From Ascoidea asiatica JCM 7603 (lineage: Eukaryota; Fungi; Ascomycota), in contig BCKQ01000006.1 of the NCBI GenBank assembly GCA_001600695.1, forward strand, positions 653,710-680,980: a stretch of DNA of 27,271 nucleotides. Reading direction: 5' to 3'. How positions within the stretch are numbered: position 1 is the stretch's first letter; every line of letters begins with the position of its first letter. The notes under the pieces were generated by a model. The model was given only the letters and a program-made list of their open reading frames with translations, was not told the DNA's origin and did not search any database. The position numbers were made by a program, and so were the translations under genes. Of the stretch, positions 8,523 through 21,271 are shown piece by piece.

Positions 8523-9243
8523 GATTGAAAAAGAATGAGCTAAAAAATTGGCTAAATATGAAATGTAAATAAAATGTAAATAAAATGTCTTGAATTAATG
8601 AGCTTTTTGTCTTAGAATATGTTTGAAAGGGACTGTGGAATAAGAATAGGGAGATTATTAGTACTAATTATTTATAGTATTGGGTATTATTGAATTAAAT
8701 TATCTTCTAAGGGTGCTGAAACAAAATATTAATCAATCGCTCAATCAATTATCAAATAAAGAATATAAAGATAAAGATAAAAGGAATAAATAAATGAATA
8801 AATAAAGAATGAATAAAGGAACGAATAGATAAAGAAGTAAATAAATAAAAGCAAATTCACCAAAACAGAGGATTTTCTTTATATTTGGGCCTATTTTGAT
8901 AACGTTACGAGGTTTTGTAAGGAACGTATTTTTCACTCTTGATATGTTGATACGACCACAAAACAGGTCTAAAACACTTAATTTTTCAAAAATGGAAGTT
9001 ATGGAAGAAAGTTAATTCAAATGAGTACAATATTGTCACAACAATGAATGTCAGTATGAATGACATTATCTTTATTATTCAAATGCTACTTTATTTACAA
9101 TATAATAAAGTTATTTAACTAGTCTGGAGAAGTATTTTTATTTGAAGTGTTCTTTTATTAAAAATAGTTATGATATATAAAATATAGATTATATAAATTA
9201 TACAATATATAATGAGACATAAATCACTGAATTAGTTATTTAT

Positions 9244-10248
9244 TCAATTTTTAGATAATTTTGTTAAATCAACGTTCCAAGCAGGATCAACTAATTTTGC
9301 TCTAGCTTCATATAAATATTTATAAATATTTTTTATTGTATTATCACTTACTCCAGTTTTATCAGAAATTTGAGCTGGTTGTAAATTTGCTTTGAAAATT
9401 AATACAGCCATATAAATTACTGCAGCAGCGATAGTTATTGGAGATCTACCACTTAATACACCGGTTTCATTTGATCTTCTTGCAATATATTCAGCACCAT
9501 TTGTAACTTCTACATTCAAACCAAGATGAGAACAAAATCTTCTAATCAAATCAGATGCAGTTGTTTGAGTGGCATGTAATTTATCACCATGAACAATTGA
9601 TGTACCATCTAATTGAGATTTATCATCAATGATTTTTTTAATTATTTTTGAAACTTTTCCAATTTCTTTTTTTGGTACATGAGTTAAAGCCCAAATTTCT
9701 TTGAAAGTTCTTGCAACTCCAGCTTTTCTACAACCTAAAAAAATAGATGCAGCCATTATACTTTCTTGAGATTTACCCTTTAATGCTCTTTCATCATAAG
9801 ATAATTTATAAATTTCTTTTGCAGCATCTTGAACAATTTTTGGTAATGAATAACTTTCACACATTTGAGAAATTTTTGCAAATGCAACTTCTAAAGTATT
9901 TTCTTTTTTAACTACATTTTTCTTTTGAGTTTTAGATAAAGATAAAGAAGATTTACTATCATGAGAATAAGAAATAACAGTGGCTAATTGATCTGTATCT
10001 AATAATGGATTTGCAGCACTTCCAACACGAGATGGATCATCCCCATTCTGATCATCATTTGAAAAAGTTCTCCATTCAGAACTCATATCAACAACTCGAT
10101 TAGATAATACCAATCCACATAATGCACAGACTATATCACCTTCACTGAATCTTTCTACTAATTCTGGTGGATACACTTTACACTCAGGACATGTCAAAGT
10201 AACATTTAAATTTGGTCCTTCATATTTATCACCATATAAGCTTGTCAT
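9244..10248 (-). CDS. SUA7: Transcription initiation factor IIB (TFIIB)
   Basis: Zn ribbon CPEC...CALCG, B-reader SEWRTFSNDDQNGDDPSRVG, two cyclin repeats (CRKAGVARTFKEI; GRSPITIAAAVIY). ATG at 10248 is preferred over the TTG at 10254. Confidence 0.98.
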   Translation of the reverse strand: MTSLYGDKYEGPNLNVTLTCPECKVYPPELVERFSEGDIVCALCGLVLSNRVVDMSSEWRTFSNDDQNGDDPSRVGSAANPLLDTDQLATVISYSHDSKSSLSLSKTQKKNVVKKENTLEVAFAKISQMCESYSLPKIVQDAAKEIYKLSYDERALKGKSQESIMAASIFLGCRKAGVARTFKEIWALTHVPKKEIGKVSKIIKKIIDDKSQLDGTSIVHGDKLHATQTTASDLIRRFCSHLGLNVEVTNGAEYIARRSNETGVLSGRSPITIAAAVIYMAVLIFKANLQPAQISDKTGVSDNTIKNIYKYLYEARAKLVDPAWNVDLTKLSKN

Positions 10249-12435
10249 AATCAATAAAGAGTACGATTAAATATATGAATATGAATAGAATGAATGAGAA
10301 TAAGAGCACAAAATTAATCCCAAGCTGAAAAGATTATCAGATTAATATCAATACTAATATAAATATAAATATCAATGTCAATATCAATGCCAATATATCA
10401 TTTATCAATTATCAATTATCAGTTATCAGCTAACACCTTTTTTTATTAGTATTCAGCATCGCAAAAAACTATTATTAATACCGTTAGACTTCGATTTCAA
10501 ATAAAAAAAATCACGATTAGTTACATAAGCAGAACACATTACTAATCACCGTAGTTATCTACCTTGATACTTTGACAGAAGTTGCATAAGTACCGTCCTG
10601 ACGGTATCGTTACAGCAATTACTTTGGTTATTTTTGTTACTAGTTGGAATATTCTAGCACAATTCAATAAAAATGGCAGAGACCAGCTTTAGGGATATGC
10701 TATTTTGGGCTAAGTCAGATGATAATAATTTAAGATTTTAAAGAATAGAGACCATGTTTGAGGATCTTGTTAAACTTTTAAATTGAACTCGATAAATCAA
10801 AAAAATAAATAAACAAAGAACCTTTAAATTTGTTGAGAAAGTCCAATATATTTATAATTGAGAGTGGATGAAGTAATTCCAAAAAAAGATGATAAAAATT
10901 ATTCATATTCAACTATTTCATAATTTTATCGGGGTAAGTTGTTGGAGTCCATTTGAATTCACTCCTACCACTCAATTGATAAAATTTCTGCGGTAACGAC
11001 GTCAGTTTTGAAGCATTTTATGACATTGTATGGTTTTTAATGATTTCCATTCTTTATCGCACTTTTTACGGTTATGAATATTGATATTAATTGAGTTAAT
11101 AACAGGTTAAAGGTAAATTTAAGATAAACAACAATTGTTAAGTCCAATAACAATAACAATAATAATAATAATAATAAAGACATATTCTATTTGTAAAAAT
11201 GAAAAACTTAGCCTCCAATTCAAATTTTATCAAGAGTTAATTGAAATAAACATTGAATTACGAATCATGTCATCTATGATATCTGTTATCTTTTTTTTTT
11301 TTTCTTTTTTCTTGGATATCATGGAACAGAACTCACTCCTTTTAAACCATAAATGATGAAATGTTTTTTTGTTGCCAATTGGTAAATACATTCGAGTAAT
11401 TTTATTTTACACTAGAAAAAAACTAAATTTATATTAAATTAAACTAAAGTTAGAAGACAATTATTTTTGAAACCAACTTAAAAACTAAATAACAAACAAA
11501 AAAAATACAAAAAAATAAAAAAAGATACACTTGCAAAATTTGTTATGATTAAACAATGATAAAGAATAATAAATCATAATTAGTAGTAATAATAGTAATA
11601 GTAATAGTAATAGTAAATAATAATAATAATAATAATAGTAAATAATAATAATAATAAATGTTAGATCGAAAAAACACAAAGTATAAATTAATATACCGAA
11701 TTAAAAAAACAAAAGATTGAAAGAAAAGGCAAAAGCATACAAAATAACAACAGCGTAATCAATTAATCAATTATGATATTAATGATTTATACAGACAAAA
11801 ACAAACAAACCATATTCAAGCATAAACTTAACTTAACTAAAATAAACTAAACTTAACTTTTTAATGAACAAAAAATTTTTTTTTGAAATTTTTTGTAATT
11901 TTTTTTATTTTTTTATTTTCACAAACATCTAATAAATATGACTGAAATTAATAATAATAATAATGATAGGAACAAACTAAACAATTGATAAAACAAAAAC
12001 ATATTAATGATGAAATAGAATTTTGAATTTTTTTAAAAGTAACGAAAGCATAATAAGAATAAAAAAAATACACAAAAAAATTGAAAAAAAATTTAATAAT
12101 ATAAAACAAGCAGAAACTCATTAACAACCCACGAACACACTCGTATAACTTATAATGAAAAATAAAAATAATGATAACAAAGACAAATAAATATTATAGT
12201 TGAATTTATATTTTAGGTTATTTTATAATTAATATTTTATAATATATCCAATTTTTTAAAATTTCAGTTCCAATATGATATAAAAATAATAAACTTAAAG
12301 CATTTTGAGAAAAAAAAAATTTAAAAAAACAAGCTAGATTAACTAATTGATTGATAAAGAGATAAATAAATAGATAGATAGATAGATAGAGGGGAAAAAA
12401 AAAATTCAATAATCAAAATAATAAAGAAATGAAAT

Positions 12436-14391
12436 TTATGCATAAATAAAACCATTATTACCTTCTAATCTATCCAATCTTGCATCTCTTGAATTATTGT
12501 ACAATTCATTTAATTGAAAATCTGTAGAATTATTTGAATTTTCATCAATGGATGGACTTATTAAAGAACTATTCAAATTAAATCCTTGATTATTAATATT
12601 TGAATCTCCTAAAAATGAAGAATTATTTTGAATACCATTATTTGAAATAGTATTTAATAAAGTATTATCAAAATTAGAATTATAAAGAATTGAATTTGGA
12701 TCTGAAGATAACATAGTATTATTCATATTATTATCTAATCCATAAGGTGTATAAATTGGAGGAGCTTGAGGTTGAGAAACATATCTAACAGAATTATTAT
12801 TATTGTTATTATTAGTAGAATTATTGTTATTGTTATTGTTATTGTTGTTATTATTATTATTAATGACATTTACTTGTGGTAAAGATATTGGGTTGTTAAT
12901 AGCATCAATAGTAGTAGAAATACTATTTGCAGGTAAATTTGCAATATTAGTACCAAAAACACTCATATTATTTAAATAATTTTGTAAATTTTGATTATTT
13001 ATAGAAGAACTTCTACCCCAACTTAGTCTAACTCTACTATTTCCAACAGGATAACCTTGCATTTTTTGAATTGCTAATTCAGCAGAAGAACGTAAAACAA
13101 ATTGAACAAAACCACAATTTTTATTTTGTAAAACTTTAACATAAATAATATCACCAAATATTTGAAAATGAGTTCTTAAAACTTGTTCAGAAACTGAAGA
13201 ATTTAAACCACCAATAAAAACAGTAGTATTATAAGGATCAGTTGATTGATTTAAAGGAGGTTGAGATTGAGGTGCAGAAAATGGTTGAGATAAAGAATTT
13301 GAACCAATACTATTATTTGAATTAGATAAAAGAGAATTTGCAGAAGTTGAATTTCTTAAAATATTATTTACACCAGAAGATAAACCAATTTGAGAATTTA
13401 TATTATTATTTAAATTACTTGCTAATAAAGCAGAATTTAAATTTGGATTTGAATTTTTTGGAACAGCTGTTGAGACTCTAATTGGTCTACCATTAATTGC
13501 AACTCCATTCATTTCAAGTAAGCTTCTTTTTTGTTCTAATTCATTTGAAAATCTAACAAAACCATAACCTTTTGAAGAACCAGTTATTGGATCAATCATA
13601 ATTTTAACATTAATAACAGATTGATATTTAATTTGAAAGGCTTCAAATAAATCAGTTTCTTTAACATCAGAAGCTAAATCTCCAACAAAAACAGATAATT
13701 CTTGTTGTTGTTGTTGCTGTTGATGACCTTGTTGTTGTTGTTGTTGTTGTTGTTGTTGAAAGAAATTAGTAGAACTATTATTGTAACTTTGATTACTATA
13801 AACAGAAGAATTACCACCAGAAGCCCAATTTAATTTAAAAAGTTTATCAGTTGATGGGATTTGAGTACCATTATGTAACATAGCTTTTGAAGCATTATTA
13901 AAATTACCAAATTCAACAAAACAATAACCAGCGTTTAAAGATTGAGATTGAGATTGAGATAATTGTTGAGATTGATTATCTTGATTTAAATTTCTATCTT
14001 TAATTAATTTAATTGAAAATGGATATTCACCTACAGAAGACCAAATGGACATAATTGTATTTTCATCCCATCTTGGATCTAATTCACCCATCCATAATTG
14101 AGATTTTTCTTGCTGTTGCTGTTGTTGTTGCTGTGAATTATTAGTAGTTAAAGGAGTATTTAAAGAGTTGGATAAAGGGTTTATTGGGGAAGTTTGTTGA
14201 GAAGGAGATAATTGATTTAATTGAATTGGAGAAAGTTGTTGTTGATGATGCTGATAAATTGAATTTGGAGCGGAATTTGAGGTGGCGGTAAATTCAGGAG
14301 ATACAATTGAAGAAGAATGTTGATGTTGAGGATAGTTATTGAAGGAATACATGTTTTGATTTTGATTTTGATTTTGGTTTGGATTATTCAT
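12436..14391 (-). CDS. NAM8: Triple-RRM RNA-binding protein of the Nam8/Ngr1 family, most like U1 snRNP protein Nam8
   Basis: RRM1 QLWMGELDPRWDENTI..NAGYCFVEF..KLNWASG; RRM2 SVFVGDLA..SKGYGFVRF; RRM3 DPYNTTVFIGGL..CGFVQF..RVRLSWGRS. The WxSVGE and NGTQIP segments and the C-terminal RLEGNNGFIYA favour Nam8 over Ngr1. PolyQ and polyN tracts present. Confidence 0.8.
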   Translation of the reverse strand: MNNPNQNQNQNQNMYSFNNYPQHQHSSSIVSPEFTATSNSAPNSIYQHHQQQLSPIQLNQLSPSQQTSPINPLSNSLNTPLTTNNSQQQQQQQQEKSQLWMGELDPRWDENTIMSIWSSVGEYPFSIKLIKDRNLNQDNQSQQLSQSQSQSLNAGYCFVEFGNFNNASKAMLHNGTQIPSTDKLFKLNWASGGNSSVYSNQSYNNSSTNFFQQQQQQQQQQGHQQQQQQQELSVFVGDLASDVKETDLFEAFQIKYQSVINVKIMIDPITGSSKGYGFVRFSNELEQKRSLLEMNGVAINGRPIRVSTAVPKNSNPNLNSALLASNLNNNINSQIGLSSGVNNILRNSTSANSLLSNSNNSIGSNSLSQPFSAPQSQPPLNQSTDPYNTTVFIGGLNSSVSEQVLRTHFQIFGDIIYVKVLQNKNCGFVQFVLRSSAELAIQKMQGYPVGNSRVRLSWGRSSSINNQNLQNYLNNMSVFGTNIANLPANSISTTIDAINNPISLPQVNVINNNNNNNNNNNNNNSTNNNNNNNSVRYVSQPQAPPIYTPYGLDNNMNNTMLSSDPNSILYNSNFDNTLLNTISNNGIQNNSSFLGDSNINNQGFNLNSSLISPSIDENSNNSTDFQLNELYNNSRDARLDRLEGNNGFIYA

Positions 14392-16466
14392 TATTGAAAT
14401 GTAATTAATGATATTATAATAATTGATTAATTAATAAATTGATAGATTGATAATGGATTGAATGAAATGTGGCGGTATTGAGATAAATTAATTTAATTTT
14501 ATAATAATGATGATGATAATGATGATTATGAAGATATAGAGTAAGATAAAAAGTAATAAAAGATTATAAAAGATAAAGTGATGATAAAATAGATGAAAGA
14601 TTTATTATGAATTAAAATAATAATAAGAGTAATAGATTGATGAAATATAGAATAACTAAGCAAAGCTTAAAAATGAAACGAAATTATGAGGATTAAAAAA
14701 AGGATAAATAAATTAGTATTAGTAAATAGATTTGTAAATAAGTAAATAAGTAAGTAAGTAAACAAATATATGAGTAAATGAAATTAATTAAATAAATAAA
14801 TAGTTAATTATTAGATTAGTTTTTTTTGAATAACAGGTTAAATGTTAATGGATAATGGATAATGGATAATGGGTAATGAATAAGTGAATAAATAATTAAC
14901 AAAACAAAACAGAACAGAACAGAACAGAACAAAGCTAATTTAAAATTTTGAAATGAATAATAAATCAAAAAAGAAGAGAAGAAACTGATGAATGGAAAAA
15001 AAATATATGAAATAAAATAATGAAGATTAATTGATTGATTATTTGATTATATCTATGTATATTTTAATGCTTTAATATTTTGATATATAATTAATATGAT
15101 AAACTAATAGAAATGTAAATATATTTAAATAAGAAATTTTAAAATTTTTTTAAACTCGAGTAATTGAAGAGCTTATAACAAGTTTTATAATTTTATGGAA
15201 ATTGAAATTGAAATTGAAATTGATAACTATTTTTATATTTATATTTTTATTCTTGATATTTTTTTGTTTATATTTATATTGATATTTATTAATATTTATT
15301 GATATTTAAGATTGGATGAATACCTTAGTGATTAATATTATTCTCTAAAAGAAGTGTTTGGGAGAAGAGTGAATTATAAAATTATTTATATATTTAAGAA
15401 TTATTAAAAAATTAAAAGAAAAAAATAAAATTGAATTTTAAAAAGAGATGGAATTGTGAATATATTTATAAGTAAAATAATTTAAGTAGTTAAGTAGTTA
15501 AGTTAAAGTAAAAATTAATTAGATTGATTAGGTTAATTAAGGTAATTCAGTTAATTTGAATTTGAATTTGAATCTGAATATGAATCTGAATCTGAACTTG
15601 ATTATGAATATGAAAAAGAATATGAATAACAAGTAATGATTATAATAAAGATTATAATGATTACAATAATGTTAAAAGTAAAAGTAAAAGTAAAAGGAAA
15701 TTAAATCAAATTGAATTAAAAGTAAGAGAAAAATGTTGAAATATAAGAATACTTTATTTGAATACTTTCAGGATCTTAAGAAAAGAAAAGATTTATTCAT
15801 TTGACTGTTATTATTATTATTATTATTATTATTCATCACAGTATTACAGATTACAGTACAAGCACAGTAGTAATAGTAGTAATAGTAGTACTACAGCAGT
15901 AATCATCAAAGACGAGTTAACGAAAAGGAATTATTTGATTATGGGTATTCTGGAAATAAAAAGAATTTTAACGTTAAAATTTTATTAAAGATTTAAAATT
16001 TTGAAAATAAAACAAAAACAACAAAAAAAACAAAAAAAACATTTATTTTTTATTTTTTTACTTTCTTATTTTTTACTTTATTTCAAATTTTATTTTAATT
16101 TCAAAAAATTCTTAGCTAAAATTAGTTAGAAACAGACAGAATTAGTAAGAATTAGTGAAATTTACTTAATTTTTAGTGCCTATTTTTATAAATTACACTG
16201 TATATTTTTAATTTTTTTGCTTTTCCGATGGGTCTCTCGAAGGACAAATCGAATAAATATTAGATAATTATTCAAGGTTTTTGGGGATTTATTGGATATT
16301 TATTGAAATTATGGGATTTTACTGTATTTTATGGGATAATACTGGGATATTTGTTGGTGACTGATGGGTGATTCAACAACAAGTACAGGGAAAGTGCCAT
16401 TACCGCCAGAAAAGTAAGCAAAAGTCCTCTTTCAGGGAACCCAGAAGCTTATTCAGCTCCAGGTAT

Positions 16467-16503
<37 letters not shown>

Positions 16504-16543
16504 TCATCTTCACCGTCAGTTCCAGTTCCAGTTCCAGTTCCAG
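16467..16543. repeat. Microsatellites (TAC)11 at 16467-16499 and (CAGTTC)4+ at 16517-16543
   Basis: Read directly from the sequence. Confidence 0.9.
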
Positions 16544-16989
16544 CTCACAGTCCAGTTCGGCTCTGCTTACAGCCCAAGGAAAAAAAACTGAAACTGGAGG
16601 GAAAAAGAAATACTTCCTTTGAAATCCACTCACACACTGTTTCACCGCTGCGTTTCACCCTTCTTTTCACACACACTCCTGTTAAAGCTCCTGGTAAAAC
16701 TCCTTTTCACACTCTGTTGAACACTTTGTTTATCACTGATTTCACAGATTCCACACAGATCCAGTTCCGCAGGGATTTTTGCGTGATTCTAGCATACATA
16801 TTTAATATGATGGCGGGCTAAACGCTTACAGAAAGGTAGCTACTGCCGATACCACCACCACCAGTGACCTGAGCTACAGCTCAGAGTGTTTAGCCTGCTG
16901 CTTTCCCTTTGAAAGTGGTAGCAGTCAGTCTACGATTTCAACTTCAAATTCTCTAATTTCATCTCCTTTTACTGTGCTTGACACCTTGA

Positions 16990-17032
16990 CTGGTGTTCGC
17001 TGGTCTTCACTGGTCTTCACTGGTCTTCACTG
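16990..17032. repeat. 10-bp tandem repeat CTGGTCTTCA x3 plus one degenerate unit
   Basis: ctggtgttcg ctggtcttca ctggtcttca ctggtcttca ctg. Confidence 0.85.
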
Positions 17033-18168
17033 TAGCTGATCCTAGCTTACTGCTATTCGTTTTCGTTTGTGTGTTATTTTGTTGAATGTATGTGTATATT
17101 CTTGTACACTAATAAATGCTCCACCCAAAAATACCTCCATAAACAATTGTTTTTTTTTTGGCTAAACACCCACAAGAAACACCACCTGTGTCAGTGAAAG
17201 ACTCCAGTATCTAGCGTCGTTTCTGGGGAAACATATTAAAGGCTGCTTTGGTGTGAAACAGGTGGCCTTCGCTCATCACACTTTACGCCTCCAAGACTCT
17301 GTTCCTGGGATTGGGATGATACTTTACAAAATTACTTACTCAACTGCACTTCTCTACTGTATTCAAGGTTCATATCAAATTGTTAATATTTCTTCTTTAA
17401 TGTAGTAAGTTAGGTATCTTTATTCCACCACTTTTTCCAAGCATACATGACTCCAGTATTGAAGTGTTCAAGACTGCGCAATAATTAACTGTAACATCAA
17501 ACTGCAGCGCATCACATTTTTTTTAGAAAATGTTCCAAATCGGTAAAAATATGCACTCGTACTATGTGTGCATCAATAAACACCAATATACAGCGCAACG
17601 CTATACCTACAGCACCCATTAAAGTGGACTCTTCCATTACTGATAGACCCACAATACTGGTTTTATTAATTTTTTTAAAATTTTTGTTAGGTTTTAGGAC
17701 TGGCAATGTCCCAGGGCTCTGATTTAATCTCTATTGTCTCTCTAAAATTTAAGTTATTACTAGTAGTACCGTACCATTTTTTATATTCATATTATTTCCA
17801 TATTCTATTTCCATATTCTATTTCCATTTGCATTTCCATTTTCAATTTTATTTTATTTTATTTTATTGTTTTGTTGCTCCAGAATTCAATCATATTCAAA
17901 CTATCAATTCAATATCACTCATATCTTTTCAAATTAATATTCTTTTTTCATTATTCATGATTCATTAATATTCTACTATCTTTTTTATTATTATTATTTA
18001 TTCATCATTCATTAGTTTTTCTTTAATTAAACTAACTTTAATACCTGTTTTTAGAAATTCAAAAAAATTTTAAATTTCAAACCATCTGACATTAATTATC
18101 TTTTCAATCTCTAAAGTTAATTTTTTGAAAAAAAAAAACCCAAAAGAACAATTATATTTATACTCAAA

Positions 18169-18207
18169 ATGAATATTAATCCTTCAAATAATAATTCAAA
18201 TGATCAA

Positions 18208-18264
<57 letters not shown>

Positions 18265-20577
18265 CCTATTTACAGTTTTATAAGTGTAAATGAAAATTAT
18301 GATCCAAAAACAGGTTCAAAATTAAGTAAAAAATCAGTAAAACAAAATAAACAACCTTTAAATAATTCAAATTATTTAATATCTGATAACAATAATAAAA
18401 ATATTAATAATCAATCAAATTCAAATTCAAATTCAAATTCAAATAGTACTAGTACTAGTACAAACACCAATTATATTCATTTATTAAGTGCAACTAAAGA
18501 AACTACAAATTATAATTATACTTCCGCAATGCCAATCTCAACAAAACCAACTTTCAATGTAACTTTAAATAAATCAAAAAGAAATCATAGAATGGTAAAA
18601 CAAATTAATAAATCAAATAATAATAATAATAATAATATTAATATTAATAATAATAATAATAATAATAACACTTCTAAATCTTTGAAATCAATCAAAAATG
18701 TAAATAATTCAAATAACATAAGTAATATAAGTAATATAAGTAATACCAATAATCTTTCAAGTAATATAAATAATGTAAATAATATAGATAATAATGATCA
18801 TAAAGAAGGTGGTGTAGATCAATTAATGAAAACTTTCATTGATCAATTATTTCTTAAACCAAACCTTTCAAATTCTCATTTATCAAATACATCAAATACA
18901 TCAAATAATAACTCAAATAATAGTTCAAACAATATTTCAAATGATAGTCCAAATAATTCAAATACAATAATACCCATAAAAAAGTCAAAAATTGTAACTT
19001 TACAATATAATAAACAAAAATTATTACAAAAAAATAATTCAAACTTATCTCAAAAAAAAAAAAAATTATCACCGAAATTAACTTCTAAATTATTTAAATC
19101 TGATAACTCTGTTAAATCTTCTCAATCTATACCCATATCTATACCTACATCTATACCTACACCTTTGCAATTACCATCATCAATACCATTACCATCATCA
19201 GTACCTTTACCATCTCCATCCCCATTACCATTGTCTTTACCAACTAATACAAACTTAAATGGAAAGTCAAAGTTACTAAAACCAACAAAAACTATTCTAA
19301 AATTAAAATCTCCAAAATCAAAGTATATGTTGAAAAAAGAAAAAGAAAAAGAGCGACAATTGCAAATACAAAAGGAAAAAGAAATAGAAAAAGAAAAGGA
19401 AAAACAAAGAGATAAACGAAAATTAAAACAAAAACAAAAACAGAAACAAAGAGAAAGATATAAACCAAATGTCAAAATTAATGTAAATGAAAAAATTAAA
19501 CTTTCATATCCTGAAAAATATCCAATATCAATTTCTGATAATAAAAATTATGATAAAATAATTTTAAATTCTAAAAAAGTTGATCAATTATCTCCTTTGA
19601 ATATAAATCCTTCAATTTTTTTAAATAATTTAAATAATTATAATTTAAATATTCCATTAATATCTTCTTCATTATTATTATCTTCTGATGATAATTCTTC
19701 TGATAATGAAAGTGAAAATAATGATATTGAAGAGGAATATGATAATGAAAAAAAGAATGTTAATAATATTATCACTTCAAATTCCATTCTTAATGATTCT
19801 ATAAAAGAAAATAAATTAAATGAAGCCAATTTTATTGAAAATTCTCAGAATATTATAAAAATTTTAATATTTTATAAAAAAATTAATAAATTATTAAATG
19901 AACAAATTAGAAAAAAACAAAAACAGCCAACACCTTCCTCATTATCGTCATCCACAGCAATATCATCCTCTATTTTACTTCCACCACCATCGTCATCATC
20001 ATCACCACCTCCCTCCCATGTTAGAAGTAATGGTAAAACCAGTAAAAATTACAATGACAAAAATGATACTTATTCTAATGATAATAATTATAATAACTAT
20101 AATGATAACAATGATAATTATAGCAACAATAAAAAAAATTTATTTTCTAAAAAAAGTATATCATTATCTCCAAGAATCAACAAACCTAAAACAAAAACTC
20201 GGCAAACTTCTTTGTCTCCAGCAAGAAATCTTAATTCATTACAATCAAAGATTAAAAAAACTACAAAATTATTAAATTCAAAAGTTCCATTACCAGATAT
20301 AGACTTCTATTGTTCTCAAAAAGCAATGGATTTATATACAAAACAAAAACATGATTCAAGTCTAATAAGCGTAGATAATATTAACAATATTGATTCAACT
20401 TCAAGAGTTTTAAGAGAAAGATTGCCATTTTCTGAGAAAAAAATTAGTAACGCCAATCAATCTTTGGGTGATCTTATTAAATGCCCTTTTTATTATCTAG
20501 TGATTAAAACTCCAAAAGTTAGAGTAGATGCTAATGAATCACAATTTATTGTAAAGATTAGAAAGATTAACTCATAG
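18169..20577 (+). CDS. Hypothetical Asn/Lys/Ser-rich protein (802 aa)
   Basis: Long ATG-initiated ORF with (AAT)18 polyN at 18208-18261, a PLPSS-type Pro-rich tract, a KE/KQ coiled-coil-like tract and a more complex C-terminal segment (PLPDIDFYCSQ...LIKCPFYYLVIK). No family recognised. Confidence 0.8.
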
Positions 20578-21271
20578 TTTGTTTAAACATGATTAATATC
20601 ATCAAAGCAGAAAGTATAAAAAAGAAAAAAAACTTTTATTTTACCCCAAACTATTTATTTAAGATAGAATTTACTAATTCTTTTCATTTCTCATTTTTTT
20701 ATTTGTTTTTGCTTTTTCTTTTTCTAATTTTAGTACTTCTTTTTCATCTTTCTATATAATTTTTTTATTTCTGTCATATATTATATTACTTTTAAAATTC
20801 CTTTCATATTTTATCTCTTTTCCTTTATACTATAGACTATATAACAAAAATACCATTGGTTCCTTTTTTTTGCTTTGTTTGGCTAAAGTTTTTTCATTTT
20901 TCAATCAATTAACTTTGTAAATAATAATAAATAAGTGTAATTAAAAACAAAAATTAAAATTGATTTCCAAAATATTCTATTCATTTATTTCATTAGTATG
21001 AATTTCGGTTAAATAATTAGCATTTTGATAATTTATTAGCCTTTCATACCTTTTTGTATGCGGAGTGATTTTTTCGTTTTCAGACAAACCAAGAACAAAT
21101 TATTAACATATGAGAATGGGTGCTTTGACATTTTATGTTAAAATATATCTATACTATTAACTGGTTTTAAAGGAATTTCAGAAGTAGTATTATTAGTTTA
21201 CATAATTTCAAAAAAGTATAATCAACCCTTTTTGTCTTTTTTATTTCAAGCAAGTGAAAGAATTGAAAAAA

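Noticed and set aside
16350-17720. Spliceosomal snRNA or tRNA in the GC-richer island
   Set aside because: No U1 ATACTTACC, U2 GTGTAGTA, U5 loop, U6 ACAGAGA context or tRNA T-loop/cloverleaf found by eye. An Rfam scan is needed to exclude others.
11135-17960. Small ORFs 11135..11356, 11485..11679, 12218..12409, 15758..15988, 16368..16622, 17512..17706, 17706..17960
   Set aside because: Mostly products of microsatellites or AT-rich sequence (polyY/I/L/S), several with non-ATG starts, and none with a recognisable motif.
18030-18054. Possible branch point and 3' splice site (AACTAAC...TTTTAG) upstream of the 802-aa ORF
   Set aside because: Non-canonical branch point with no convincing nearby 5' splice site, and the ORF has its own good ATG context.
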